From contig CALUVG010000001.1 of NCBI GenBank assembly GCA_944324165.1, forward strand, positions 2,773 through 66,772: a stretch of 64,000 nucleotides of DNA, given 5' to 3'. The notes under the pieces are model-generated. The model saw only the letters and a program-made list of their open reading frames with translations, was not told the DNA's origin and made no database searches. This document shows positions 27,420-37,289 of the stretch, one piece after another. How positions within the stretch are numbered: position 1 is the first letter of the stretch; the number at the start of each line of letters is the position of its first letter. This stretch comes from Candidatus Gastranaerophilales bacterium. Its GTDB lineage: Bacteria > Cyanobacteriota > Vampirovibrionia > Gastranaerophilales > Gastranaerophilaceae. The position numbers and the translations under genes are program-made.

Positions 27420-27947
27420 TTAAGCTACCAATTTTGCTGCATCTTCAGCCTGTGCCACTTCACCGGCAAGCATAGGCTTAATATCTGAAATTTTCATATT
27501 TTCTACCTGCTTAGCGGTTATACCTTTATCAAACATTGAATTAATTTTATTTGTCATATTTTCTTTTGCGTTTGATACAGCACCTTTAAATGCGTCTTTC
27601 AACGGAGCAAAAGAAATTTCAGTTTCTCTCATTTTTTGCCATGCATTAGAAATGCCTTCTTTCATTCTTTTGCCAAAAGCAACAATGTTTTCAATACCGG
27701 CTTGAATTTTTGAGCCTAAATTTGTTAAAGATCCCACAAGCGCACTAGCTTTTAATTTAGTAGCCCCTGTAAATGCAGGTTCTTTAGGTTTAGATGTTTC
27801 GAAAACATCAGCTGTTAATACATTTCCTTTAAAAGTGTTAGCTGCAAACGGATTAGAAACGCTGTTTGCAGGTCTTGCAACGCTTGCTTCATGCTTAGAA
27901 GTATTGAAGATACGTTCACGGATGTTTGAAATTGATAAATTTGCCAT
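27420..27947 (-). CDS. Hypothetical 175-aa protein (disordered N-terminus, amphipathic K/A/G-rich C-terminus)
   Basis: MANLSISNIRERIFN..., SNPFAANTF, DVFETSKPKEPAFTG, VSNAKENMTNKI. Confidence 0.6.
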   Translation of the reverse strand: MANLSISNIRERIFNTSKHEASVARPANSVSNPFAANTFKGNVLTADVFETSKPKEPAFTGATKLKASALVGSLTNLGSKIQAGIENIVAFGKRMKEGISNAWQKMRETEISFAPLKDAFKGAVSNAKENMTNKINSMFDKGITAKQVENMKISDIKPMLAGEVAQAEDAAKLVA

Positions 27948-28080
27948 ATGTAGTCCTCTCTTCTCTTTAATTTACATATATAGAATAGCATTTCATTTTA
28001 TAATTTGCTCAACCTTTTGGATGATTATTCATATAAAATATTATACTTTAGTTGCAGTTTTTCTATGGTATAATTATGCT

Positions 28081-28848
28081 ATGGGATATGAAAATTTAGA
28101 GAAATTAATTGAAGTAGTTAAAAAATTACGCTCTCCTGAAGGCTGCCAGTGGGATAGAGCACAGACGCATAAATCTTTGCGTCCAAACATGCTTGAGGAG
28201 GCATATGAGGCTGTAGATGCAATGGACAGCGGAGATATGAAACATCTGAAAGAAGAATTGGGAGATGTATTATTACAGGTTGTTTTGCATGCCCAAATTG
28301 CAGCAGATGAAAACGAATTTACTATTGAGGATGTAGCTGGAGGACTTACAGATAAACTTATACACAGACACCCTCATGTTTTCGGAAACGTAAAAGTTAA
28401 CTCTACGCAGGATATAATAGACAACTGGGATAAACTCAAACAAGAAGAGAAAAAGCATCGAAAATCAGCAATGGATGGCATATCAAAATCCCAATCTGCT
28501 TTGATGAGTGCTCAAAAAATCAGTAAAAAAGCTGTAAAATGCGGATTTGAATGGCCTGATGAAAAATCTTTATATAAATGCATTTATTCAGAGTTTGAAG
28601 AATTTAAACAAGCTGTAAAAACTCAAAATAAAGAAAATATGGAAGAAGAGTTTGGCGATATTCTGTTTGCAATTGTAAATCTTGCAAGATGGAACAAAAT
28701 TGATGCAGAACAAGCTCTTTTAAAAGCTAACAAAAAATTCACAACCCGTTTTAGAAAAATGGAAGAATTTGCAACAAAGCCGCTTGAAGAATATTCTTTT
28801 ACGGAATATGACGCATTATGGCAACAGGCTAAAAAGGCAGTACAGTAG
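28081..28848 (+). CDS. mazG: Nucleoside triphosphate pyrophosphohydrolase MazG
   Basis: From the internal ATG at 28081: MGYENLEKLIEVVKKLRSPEGCQWDRAQTH..., EELGDVLLQVVLH, EEFGDILFAIVNLAR (two MazG repeats). Confidence 0.85.
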   Translation: MGYENLEKLIEVVKKLRSPEGCQWDRAQTHKSLRPNMLEEAYEAVDAMDSGDMKHLKEELGDVLLQVVLHAQIAADENEFTIEDVAGGLTDKLIHRHPHVFGNVKVNSTQDIIDNWDKLKQEEKKHRKSAMDGISKSQSALMSAQKISKKAVKCGFEWPDEKSLYKCIYSEFEEFKQAVKTQNKENMEEEFGDILFAIVNLARWNKIDAEQALLKANKKFTTRFRKMEEFATKPLEEYSFTEYDALWQQAKKAVQ

Positions 28849-28954
28849 TATTTAAAACAAATGTAAAGAAATGTAACGTATGACTAACCCAAAAAAGCAA
28901 TTCTCTGATCAAAAAATCCTTTATATAAATATACAGGAAAGAGGATTTAAGATT

Positions 28955-29158
28955 ATGAAAGAACAGGAATTAAATACTTTAATGTCAGTAGTTTCAGACC
29001 CGATTAATAACGTATATAAAATCAATTCACGTAGAGATCTGGAAGAAATTCAACGTATTATTCGAATCTTCAATATATCTAAAGAACAGCATAACAAACA
29101 CGCAATGCTTTCTATCAAAAATCTTGCCACTTTCAGACTTGTATTAAGCAATAATTAA
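28955..29158 (+). CDS. Hypothetical 67-aa protein
   Basis: AAAGAGGA SD before the ATG at 28955. A terminator follows. No recognisable motif. Confidence 0.4.
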   Translation: MKEQELNTLMSVVSDPINNVYKINSRRDLEEIQRIIRIFNISKEQHNKHAMLSIKNLATFRLVLSNN

Positions 29159-29183
29159 TTTGATGCATACATAATAAATTTTT

Positions 29184-29214
29184 AGGCTCCGTCAGAAACG
29201 GAGCTTTTGTTTTA
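29184..29214 (+). terminator. Intrinsic terminator
   Basis: GGCTCCGT-cagaa-ACGGAGC followed by TTTTGTTTT. Confidence 0.75.
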
Positions 29215-29224
29215 TCATACAATT

Positions 29225-29716
29225 TTAAATTTCATCAGAGTCTTCATCCTGAGGCTCAGTTTTATCAAAAAACATTTTGCCGCCTAATATTAACAAAGCA
29301 ACGCCGAGTATAATCCCCATAACATTAGCAACGCCAATACTTGAGCGATAATCAATAGTTTTATATTGCGGAAAAGCCCTCATATCAAGCAATTTGTCGG
29401 CATGGCGTCTGCATATTCTCAAATTAGGACAAGATTCCAGCACAAAAGGCTCTTTATTAACTTCAAGAGTTAATTCATAATAGGCACGGCGTCCGCCGCC
29501 GCGTGCCGCCTGAGTTCTGCGCTCACAGGTTATATATTTGATATCTGAAAACTTAAAAGTAATACTATCAAGTATTATATGTAATGCCGGTATACTTGAG
29601 TTTAAAGAACATTTATTTAACTCTTTGTCACAAGACAGATTTGTCTGTAACATTCCCAAAAAGAAAATTCCAAGCCCGATTAAAAATATAATAAATGCAA
29701 CTATCTTTTTAGACAT
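29225..29716 (-). CDS. Hypothetical two-TM membrane protein with Cys-containing central domain
   Basis: N- and C-terminal hydrophobic helices. Starts immediately after the glgA stop. Confidence 0.55.
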   Translation of the reverse strand: MSKKIVAFIIFLIGLGIFFLGMLQTNLSCDKELNKCSLNSSIPALHIILDSITFKFSDIKYITCERRTQAARGGGRRAYYELTLEVNKEPFVLESCPNLRICRRHADKLLDMRAFPQYKTIDYRSSIGVANVMGIILGVALLILGGKMFFDKTEPQDEDSDEI

Positions 29717-31159
29717 TTAACCTACAAGCTCCTTATAAAGTGCCAGATATTTTTCGCTGCTTTTTTTCCATGAAAAATCAGCTTCCATTGCAGACTTTTG
29801 CATCGCATTAAAAGTATATTTATCTTTATAAACGCCCAGAGCACAGTTTATTGCCTGCAGCATATCCCATCCGTCGTAACGCCAGAACTTAAATCCGGTA
29901 GAATTGTCCAGCGGATAACCTGTCACTGTATCTTCAAGACCTCCTGTAGCACGAACAACCGGCAATGCGCCATAATGCATTGCAATAAGCTGACTTAAGC
30001 CGCAAGGTTCAAATTTTGAAGGCATAAGAAAGAAATCTGCCCCTGCATATATTAAATTAGCTAATTCTGCCTTATACCCTATATATGCACGCACATTTGC
30101 GGAATTATTGGATAACCAGATTAAAAGATTTTCATAGTCATGATTACCGCTGCCCAGAAATACAAAATCTGCATCTAATCCTTTCAACTCATTTTCAACC
30201 TGTCTGATTAAATCAATTCCTTTTTGTTCTACAAGACGCGATATAAAGCCGATTAAAGGACGCTGCGGATTATACTTAAGTCCAAAAAATTCACAAACAG
30301 CCTTTTTATTATCTTGTTTACCCACCAAAGAGTTAGAATCATAATTTTTTATTATAGATTTATCTTTCTTCGGATTAAAAACATCATAGTCAATTCCGTT
30401 CAATATGCCCACAAGCTTATGTTTTGCCCCACGAAGAGTATAATCCATGCCCTCGCCGTATTCTCCTGTTAATATTTCATTTGCATAAGTCGGAGAAACA
30501 GCAATAACTTTATCCGCATAATTTATTGCGCCTTTCATCCAGTTGACTTTACCGTAATGCTCACAGCCCCATTCATTATACACAATATCTTTACGCATAT
30601 TGGCGAAATCCAGAATATCTTCAAACCACACGCCTTGATACGCAAGGTTATGTATCTCAAAAACAGATTTCGTTTTTGACCAGAATTCATCAAACTTATA
30701 ATTGCTATGTAAATATAAAGGCAGCATAGCAGTATGCCAATCATTAGCATGGATTACATCAGCGCGAAAATTCAACGCTTTTGCATATTCCATCACCGCA
30801 AGAGAAAACGCAACATAACGTTCATGTTCATATCGCGTATCAAGCCATTTGGGATAAACATCTTTAAAGCAGGTAAAATACCAGTCATTATGAACAAAAA
30901 AAACATTAATATCGGTACCCGGCAATTTACACATAAACAATCTGAATTTATGTCCCTGATTACCAAACATTAACCACATTTCAGAATTTTCTAATTCTTT
31001 AATATTATATTTATTTACATCAATACATCCATGCAGCGGTGTAAAAATAGCTATTTCCGCATCTTTTTCCAGATATTTAGGCAGACTTCCAACAACATCT
31101 GCCAACCCGCCTGCCTTTGAAAATGGCGCTACCTCTGCTGATGCAAATAATATTTTCAT
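29717..31159 (-). CDS. glgA: Glycogen synthase (ADP-glucose type)
   Basis: MKILFASAEVAPFSKAGGLADVVGSLP, HANDWHTA, SRLVEQKG, PSKFEPCGLSQL. Confidence 0.9.
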   Translation of the reverse strand: MKILFASAEVAPFSKAGGLADVVGSLPKYLEKDAEIAIFTPLHGCIDVNKYNIKELENSEMWLMFGNQGHKFRLFMCKLPGTDINVFFVHNDWYFTCFKDVYPKWLDTRYEHERYVAFSLAVMEYAKALNFRADVIHANDWHTAMLPLYLHSNYKFDEFWSKTKSVFEIHNLAYQGVWFEDILDFANMRKDIVYNEWGCEHYGKVNWMKGAINYADKVIAVSPTYANEILTGEYGEGMDYTLRGAKHKLVGILNGIDYDVFNPKKDKSIIKNYDSNSLVGKQDNKKAVCEFFGLKYNPQRPLIGFISRLVEQKGIDLIRQVENELKGLDADFVFLGSGNHDYENLLIWLSNNSANVRAYIGYKAELANLIYAGADFFLMPSKFEPCGLSQLIAMHYGALPVVRATGGLEDTVTGYPLDNSTGFKFWRYDGWDMLQAINCALGVYKDKYTFNAMQKSAMEADFSWKKSSEKYLALYKELVG

Positions 31160-31201
31160 ATATTTCTCCTTATATTACGGATATTAAACTCATTTGTCCT
31201 T

Positions 31202-34200
31202 TTATGGCTTTTGTGCAGGTGAATCTTCATTATTCGGCTGAAGCTGATCTAAATCCTGAATGCTGCCTTCTGCAAAAGCATTTTCTCCGGATGCCCCCTC
31301 TGCTCCTTCAGTTCCCTCTGTGCCTTCTGAAGATTCTTCCATGTCTTCGGCTTCGTAATGTGCCGGATCAAGGTCAAATTCAATGTTGATGCCTTTCTTC
31401 TGAGCCATATTTACAGCCTGTTCAATACAAAGTTTGGCGCTGTCATATTGTTTCATAAACATAAGGACTTTAAACATGTTATATTTAAACAGCAGTGTAA
31501 GATACTCATTAGAATAATCGCTTCTTTCCAATTGTATAATAGAATTATTTACAATACCATAAGCAACATCATACTTTTTCATTCGTAAATTATATTCACT
31601 CAACAGATACCAGGCAAAGTATAATATATTTGTCATACCATTTTCACTCGTTTCATTAATTATCCTATAGAATATATTAACAGCTTTGGTATAAGATTCC
31701 ATATCCATGTAAGAAGACCCGATCAAAACATCACAGAACAATTCTATCTGATGTAAATTATGATCTTTTGCGTTTAATTTCGCAATATAAATTTCTTCTG
31801 CAAACTTAACCGGATCTGTGCGTAAATACATAAACGCTGACATTATATGATAAATAGTCATTGCAAAACGGTCATTTGGGGCTATCTCCATTTCCGGCAG
31901 CTCTGAAAGACGACCATGTAATAATTCTTCCAGAAGAATAAATATATTATATGATGCAGGTATTCCCTGCAAATCCGCGCCTATCATATCCAGAAATTCT
32001 TTTACGTTTCCGCTCAGATTCAAAACATTTGCAAGTGCTACAAATCCAACCGAACTTATTAGCATATCTCTAAATTGTTCCGGCGTATACTCCTGCGGAC
32101 GCAGCTTTTCCAGATTTGCCTCTTTAACAACACTCATTACTTTATATCCGACATCAAGACAATCTTTTAGAGCTCCTATATTGAATAAAATCTCTATATG
32201 TATAAATGACATCAGGAAGAAATAACTGTTAAAATTTGATGCATTAGGATCTAAAGATGTATTAGGCAGTAATGATAATACCTTATGCATCAACTCCAAT
32301 GCTTTATGATAATTTCCGACATCCAACGATCCCAGTATCATTTTATTACACAATTCGATAATCTTTCCTGTCTCCGCATCGGATCTTTCAAGATTATCCA
32401 GCGTAATTTGTGCAATATCAGAAGTTTTACTTGGAATATACTGATATAAGTTATTTGAAATTTTATCGTATAATTCCATTTTATAATTTTCTATATTTTC
32501 AAAATTATCTTCATTGATTTTTGTTTCCATCATATCAATAATTTTGTTAGCGCAATTCAAATATGCACTGAAATCGCCCATTGAAAGGTCAATATCAGCC
32601 AATTTTTCCCATTCTGCAAACTCTTTGTCATATTGTTCCAGAAGATTATATAAATAAGCCTTTGTAGGACTTGGCATTTCATCTATGAAAACTTTTTCAA
32701 ACAATTCTTGTGCAACTTCTTTTAACAATTCCGGTTTAACTGATTCCAGCAAATTTTGACATAATAAATTGTAGTTAGGGAAATAAATACAATTATTATA
32801 TTGGTATATATAGCCCATTGCGCCTAATTTATCTATAATTTCGCCAATATTTTCATAGCCGAGACTTTCAATTGTTGCAGTGTCAATCCGTGTACCTAAC
32901 AGCAGCAATGATGCCAGAAATTTCAATGTTGTCGGATCATCTTCCAATAGATTTAATCTACGTTTCAGCAGCTTTGGCAAACTGGATGGTATTATAATTG
33001 TTTTTGCTGTATCTAACTCTATACTGTCTTCTGTTGCTTTATAAACACCCGATTCCATCAAGTATTGAAGAGCAAAATCTAAAAACAGAATACTGCCGCA
33101 GGAATATTTTGCGATTCTGTGAAAATAAAAATCATTCAAAATGTTTTTGTAATACTCTTTATTTTCCTCAATCATCTTCTCAAATGGCGTAGGTTTTAAT
33201 GCCATTTCCGTATAATAAGGCTGTTCTAATAAGAAATAACAATCTCTGTGAAGTGAGAATGTACTTTCATAAGAAAGAAGATAACTAATATCAAGCTGGT
33301 CAAATGCAGCAAACAAATGCTTAAGTACATCATAAGAACTTGCATCTATCTTTTCAAAATTTTCAATAAATATCAAACTATTCGGGATAGCCTTCAATAG
33401 CGTCAGGAAAATATCAAAATATACATATCGTGTATCTTCGGCATTTGTTGTATTTCGTTTAGTTAATGTTATCAAGTCTTTAACCATTGAATCCGGATCA
33501 ACTGATGCAAACATTGAAAAATCATTTTGAGAGAATAATTTCTGCGAAACAGTGTAACTAAAAATTGCAGAAACAAGTTCTCTGAAGAATGAATACGGCG
33601 AATATTTCATTTCATCATAACACGTAACACTAATAATATTACTGTATAAATTTAAATCTTCAATTGTGTTAATAATTTTCAACGAATAAGGTTTATAAAG
33701 CTCCATTGTCTTTATTGCAAGTATTCCCTTAGGAACAGATTGCAAACGGTTAATAACATGATAAAAGACATCTATATTTTCTGTTCGAACAAAATCAGCC
33801 TGAATTTCGCTAAATTTTATTGTTTCAATATCATAAATTGCATCAGGGTCATATGGTGTATCCATTTTCCTTAATGCCATACCGTCAATTTTGTCCTGTT
33901 CTATAAGCATATTTTGAACAAAGTTTGGTATTTCAATCTTTTCATTTTCCTCATCAGGGATTTGCTCAACAGTAATCAAATCTTTCACGTTAACTTCGTA
34001 AAACATTTTCATTTCACCGTTAATCATAACCGAGTTCAGCGGGGCAAATTCATAATCTTTTGAAAGAATATCCTGAACCTCTGAATCGGAAAGAACTTGA
34101 AAAGCACTCAATACTTTTTCTTCAGCACCGCCTTTACCGTGAGACAACAGATTAATATTGAACCCGGAATCTATATTATACGGATCATCATCAACAGAAC

Positions 34201-34768
34201 GTTTTAAAAGAAACATATTACAACGAACTGTAGCATTTTTCTTTTTTGTAAGACGAGCATTTGTTTTAGATATCAAATTCAATATTTCAACAGCAGCAGT
34301 AATTGCATTATTTGCAGAGCTGCCAATTGTGTAATCCTTATCAAATCTTATTACATAAGTATTACCTACCAATTGACGTCTGAGTCCTACTGACTTTGCA
34401 TAGTCATAAATAATCTTATCAAGATTAATTTTGAACTTATTAACAAGTTTCGCTGACCCCAAAAGTGTACGCATATCAGCCATATTAGGAAAGTCAATGG
34501 TCAAAATGACAAAGTTATCAGTATTAGATTCATTAAGAATTACGCTTTTTTCAAGCGAAAAGCCGCAATTAGAACATTTTTTCTTTGCAGTTTGATTTAC
34601 TTTACCGCACTTATTACATTTAGTTACGATAACATACCCGCACTTTTTACAGGTACTACCCTCGTTTACAGCCTTACAAACAGGGCAAACGAGCTTAAGC
34701 ACCTTTTTACAATTCGGGCAAACTAACGCTTTATCATCTATTTCTAAACCGCATTTTGGACATTCCAT
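31202..34768 (-). CDS. Large multidomain protein: 3 zinc ribbons, class III nucleotidyl-cyclase-like domain, AAA_16/STAND-like region without P-loop, TPR-like helical repeats, acidic tail
   Basis: Six CxxC pairs in the first 70 aa. FVILTIDFPNMADMRTL and VGNTYVIRF resemble cyclase beta1/beta4. SLIFIENFEKIDASSYDVLKHLF resembles the AAA_16 Walker B region. No GxxxxGK[ST] seen. The C-terminal half is helical repeats. Confidence 0.8.
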   Translation of the reverse strand: MECPKCGLEIDDKALVCPNCKKVLKLVCPVCKAVNEGSTCKKCGYVIVTKCNKCGKVNQTAKKKCSNCGFSLEKSVILNESNTDNFVILTIDFPNMADMRTLLGSAKLVNKFKINLDKIIYDYAKSVGLRRQLVGNTYVIRFDKDYTIGSSANNAITAAVEILNLISKTNARLTKKKNATVRCNMFLLKRSVDDDPYNIDSGFNINLLSHGKGGAEEKVLSAFQVLSDSEVQDILSKDYEFAPLNSVMINGEMKMFYEVNVKDLITVEQIPDEENEKIEIPNFVQNMLIEQDKIDGMALRKMDTPYDPDAIYDIETIKFSEIQADFVRTENIDVFYHVINRLQSVPKGILAIKTMELYKPYSLKIINTIEDLNLYSNIISVTCYDEMKYSPYSFFRELVSAIFSYTVSQKLFSQNDFSMFASVDPDSMVKDLITLTKRNTTNAEDTRYVYFDIFLTLLKAIPNSLIFIENFEKIDASSYDVLKHLFAAFDQLDISYLLSYESTFSLHRDCYFLLEQPYYTEMALKPTPFEKMIEENKEYYKNILNDFYFHRIAKYSCGSILFLDFALQYLMESGVYKATEDSIELDTAKTIIIPSSLPKLLKRRLNLLEDDPTTLKFLASLLLLGTRIDTATIESLGYENIGEIIDKLGAMGYIYQYNNCIYFPNYNLLCQNLLESVKPELLKEVAQELFEKVFIDEMPSPTKAYLYNLLEQYDKEFAEWEKLADIDLSMGDFSAYLNCANKIIDMMETKINEDNFENIENYKMELYDKISNNLYQYIPSKTSDIAQITLDNLERSDAETGKIIELCNKMILGSLDVGNYHKALELMHKVLSLLPNTSLDPNASNFNSYFFLMSFIHIEILFNIGALKDCLDVGYKVMSVVKEANLEKLRPQEYTPEQFRDMLISSVGFVALANVLNLSGNVKEFLDMIGADLQGIPASYNIFILLEELLHGRLSELPEMEIAPNDRFAMTIYHIMSAFMYLRTDPVKFAEEIYIAKLNAKDHNLHQIELFCDVLIGSSYMDMESYTKAVNIFYRIINETSENGMTNILYFAWYLLSEYNLRMKKYDVAYGIVNNSIIQLERSDYSNEYLTLLFKYNMFKVLMFMKQYDSAKLCIEQAVNMAQKKGINIEFDLDPAHYEAEDMEESSEGTEGTEGAEGASGENAFAEGSIQDLDQLQPNNEDSPAQKP

Positions 34769-34790
34769 AATGAAATTATATCACACTTTC

Positions 34791-35969
34791 TTAAACTGAC
34801 AAGTCATATCGAATACCTGCATCTTTCATTCTTCTGATGCATTCTTTTATTGTAGGAACATCTTTGGTTAATGCAACACGGAAATAGCCTTCACCACACT
34901 GCCCGTATCCATTACCTGCCGGAACAACGACATGAGCCTTTTCAAGCATCATAGTTACGAATTCCTCGCTGGTCATTCCCTTAGGTACCGGAAGCCAGAG
35001 ATAGAAAGTTGCTTTAGCAGGTTTCACATTCCAACCAAGTTCCCTAAATCCTTCTTCAGCCGCATCACGGCGTTCCTGATACATTTTATTAAGCTTGTCT
35101 ATAGTAGATTTATCTATATCAAAAGCTGCTGCAGCAGCATCCTGAATAGCTTTAAATGTACCGCTGTCTATATTATTCTTTATAGTCCCCAGTGCTTTAA
35201 TTGCCTCAGCATTACCGCAGACAAACCCGACTCTCCATCCGGTCATATTGTATGACTTTGAATGTGAGTAAAATTCAACAGCAATGTCTTTTGCCCCCTC
35301 AACTTGCAGAACAGAAGGCGCAACATAGCCGTCATATGTCATTTCAGAATATGCCATATCTGAACAAAGTAATATGTCATATTTTTTACAGAAATCGACA
35401 GCCTTTTTGAAAAAGACCAAATCAGCAACAGCTCCTGTTGGATTATTAGGATAATTCAAAAACATTAATTTTGATTTTTTAGCTATATCTTCAGGAATTT
35501 TATCAAAATCAGGGAGATAACCGTTTTCTTCCAATAATGGCATTGCATATGGGGTACCGCCCGCAAATATTGTAGCATTTTTATATACAGGATACCCTGG
35601 ATCAGGAACAAGCGTATAATCACCTTCATCTACAAATGCAAAGAAAATATGAGCAATAGCTTCTTTAGATCCGATATTTGCAAGCATTTCCTTATCAGGA
35701 TCAAGTTCAACACCAAAACGTTTCTTCATCCACGCACAAGCTGCTTTTCTGAATTTTTCGGTTCCGTTATAAGGCGGATAATCATGATTTTTAGGATTGT
35801 CAATTGCTCTGTGCATTTCTTCAACAACAGGCGCAAGTGTAGGTGTATCAGGATCACCTATTCCCAAACTGATTATATCAATGCCTTTAGCTTTTGCTTC
35901 TGCTATTTTTCTATCTATTTCTGCAAACAGGTATGGTGGAATTTTTTCTAAACGTTCTGAAACTTTCAT
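34791..35969 (-). CDS. Class I/II PLP aminotransferase, LL-diaminopimelate aminotransferase-like
   Basis: IPPYLFAEIDRKIAEAKAKGIDIISLGIGDPDTPT, NYPNNPTGA, YSHSKSYNMTGWRVG (PLP lysine). Confidence 0.75.
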   Translation of the reverse strand: MKVSERLEKIPPYLFAEIDRKIAEAKAKGIDIISLGIGDPDTPTLAPVVEEMHRAIDNPKNHDYPPYNGTEKFRKAACAWMKKRFGVELDPDKEMLANIGSKEAIAHIFFAFVDEGDYTLVPDPGYPVYKNATIFAGGTPYAMPLLEENGYLPDFDKIPEDIAKKSKLMFLNYPNNPTGAVADLVFFKKAVDFCKKYDILLCSDMAYSEMTYDGYVAPSVLQVEGAKDIAVEFYSHSKSYNMTGWRVGFVCGNAEAIKALGTIKNNIDSGTFKAIQDAAAAAFDIDKSTIDKLNKMYQERRDAAEEGFRELGWNVKPAKATFYLWLPVPKGMTSEEFVTMMLEKAHVVVPAGNGYGQCGEGYFRVALTKDVPTIKECIRRMKDAGIRYDLSV

Positions 35970-36061
35970 AACTTCTCTCCCTTAATAATATTTTCATCAG
36001 GTCAATTTTATGATAACATGAAAATATAGAAATGTGAAATATTTTAAAAAAGGTCATATAA

Positions 36062-37129
36062 ATGAGTATTGTAGCTGATGACAACGATTTTGCAATAAAA
36101 AAACACGGGGGTAAAAATCCGGTAATAAAGGCAGAGTCAATTGAATTTGACAAAAATTTTGAAAACTGCATACGCCCTAAGAGTTTTGACACCTATATCG
36201 GTCAATCAGCCCTGAAAGAAACTCTTAAAATATCTATAGAGGCGGCTAAAAAGCGAGAACTTCCGCTTGACCATCTGCTTTTTTATGGTCCTCCGGGACT
36301 TGGCAAAACAACATTAGCCGGAGTTATAGCTGAGCAAATGGGGGTTGAAATAAAAATTACTTCTGCGCCTGCACTTGAACGACCGCGTGATATAATAGGA
36401 ATTTTAATGTCGCTTAAGGGCGGCGAAATTCTATTTATTGATGAAATACACCGCCTGAATAAAGTTGCCGAAGAAATTTTGTATCCTGCTATGGAAGACT
36501 TTTTTCTTGATATGACAACGGGTAAAAGCCAGACAGTTAAGACATTACGGGTACCTTTGCCAAAATTTACATTAATTGGAGCAACGACGAAAGCCGGCGA
36601 ATTATCCGGACCGCTGCGTGACAGATTTGGGATAATTCACCGTCTGGAATTCTATACAGAAGACGAACTTGCACAGGTTATAACCCGTACGGCAGGAATA
36701 TTAAACATTGAAATAACTGAAGAAGGGGCACACGCAATTGCAAAACGCTCACGAGGCACACCACGTATTGCCAACCGTCTGGTTAAAAGAGTCTCTGACT
36801 ATGCACTAGTTAAACACGACGGCAAGATTACAGAAGATGTAGCGAATAAATCACTTGATATTCTAAAAATTGACCACTTTGGCTTAGACACAACCGATAG
36901 AGCCTTATTAAAGCTTATTATTGAAAAATACGACGGAGGACCGGTCGGAATAGAAACAATTGCCGCGGCAATTGGCGAAGATGTCCGAACACTTGAAGAT
37001 GTCTGCGAACCTTATCTTTTGCAAGCCGGACTATTACAAAGAACTCCGCGCGGCAGAAAAGTTTCTCCGGCTGCATACAGACATTTGGGATATAAAAACA
37101 CTCCTCCGGAACAACAGGGGCTGTTTTAA
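36062..37129 (+). CDS. ruvB: Holliday junction branch migration helicase RuvB
   Basis: [60 protein letters not shown]. Confidence 0.95.
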   Translation: MSIVADDNDFAIKKHGGKNPVIKAESIEFDKNFENCIRPKSFDTYIGQSALKETLKISIEAAKKRELPLDHLLFYGPPGLGKTTLAGVIAEQMGVEIKITSAPALERPRDIIGILMSLKGGEILFIDEIHRLNKVAEEILYPAMEDFFLDMTTGKSQTVKTLRVPLPKFTLIGATTKAGELSGPLRDRFGIIHRLEFYTEDELAQVITRTAGILNIEITEEGAHAIAKRSRGTPRIANRLVKRVSDYALVKHDGKITEDVANKSLDILKIDHFGLDTTDRALLKLIIEKYDGGPVGIETIAAAIGEDVRTLEDVCEPYLLQAGLLQRTPRGRKVSPAAYRHLGYKNTPPEQQGLF

Positions 37130-37289
37130 ATCTTTTTGTTAGATTTGGAATCTTTTGTAAATTTACTTATTGACTTAGATAACACATGTCCACATATTGC
37201 TATTTCCACTATTAATATACCCAATAATATATTTTGTAATAGACTTACTTTTTCCATACTCCGATTTTAACATTTTTTCTTAACAGTGT

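Noticed and set aside
27835-28080. N-terminal 82 codons of the 337-aa ORF-track entry that contains mazG
   Set aside because: This part overlaps the opposite-strand 175-aa gene and its promoter region and encodes hydrophobic nonsense. The canonical MazG N-terminus (MGYENLEKLIEVVKKLR...) starts at the internal ATG at 28081.
37126-37257. 43-aa hydrophobic sORF (MEKVSLLQNILLGILIVEIAICGHVL...) downstream of pilin-like gene 2
   Set aside because: The only SD-like GGAG is 1 nt from the ATG. The ORF overlaps the ruvB stop. In AT-rich DNA such short ORFs are frequent, so it cannot be supported without expression or conservation data.
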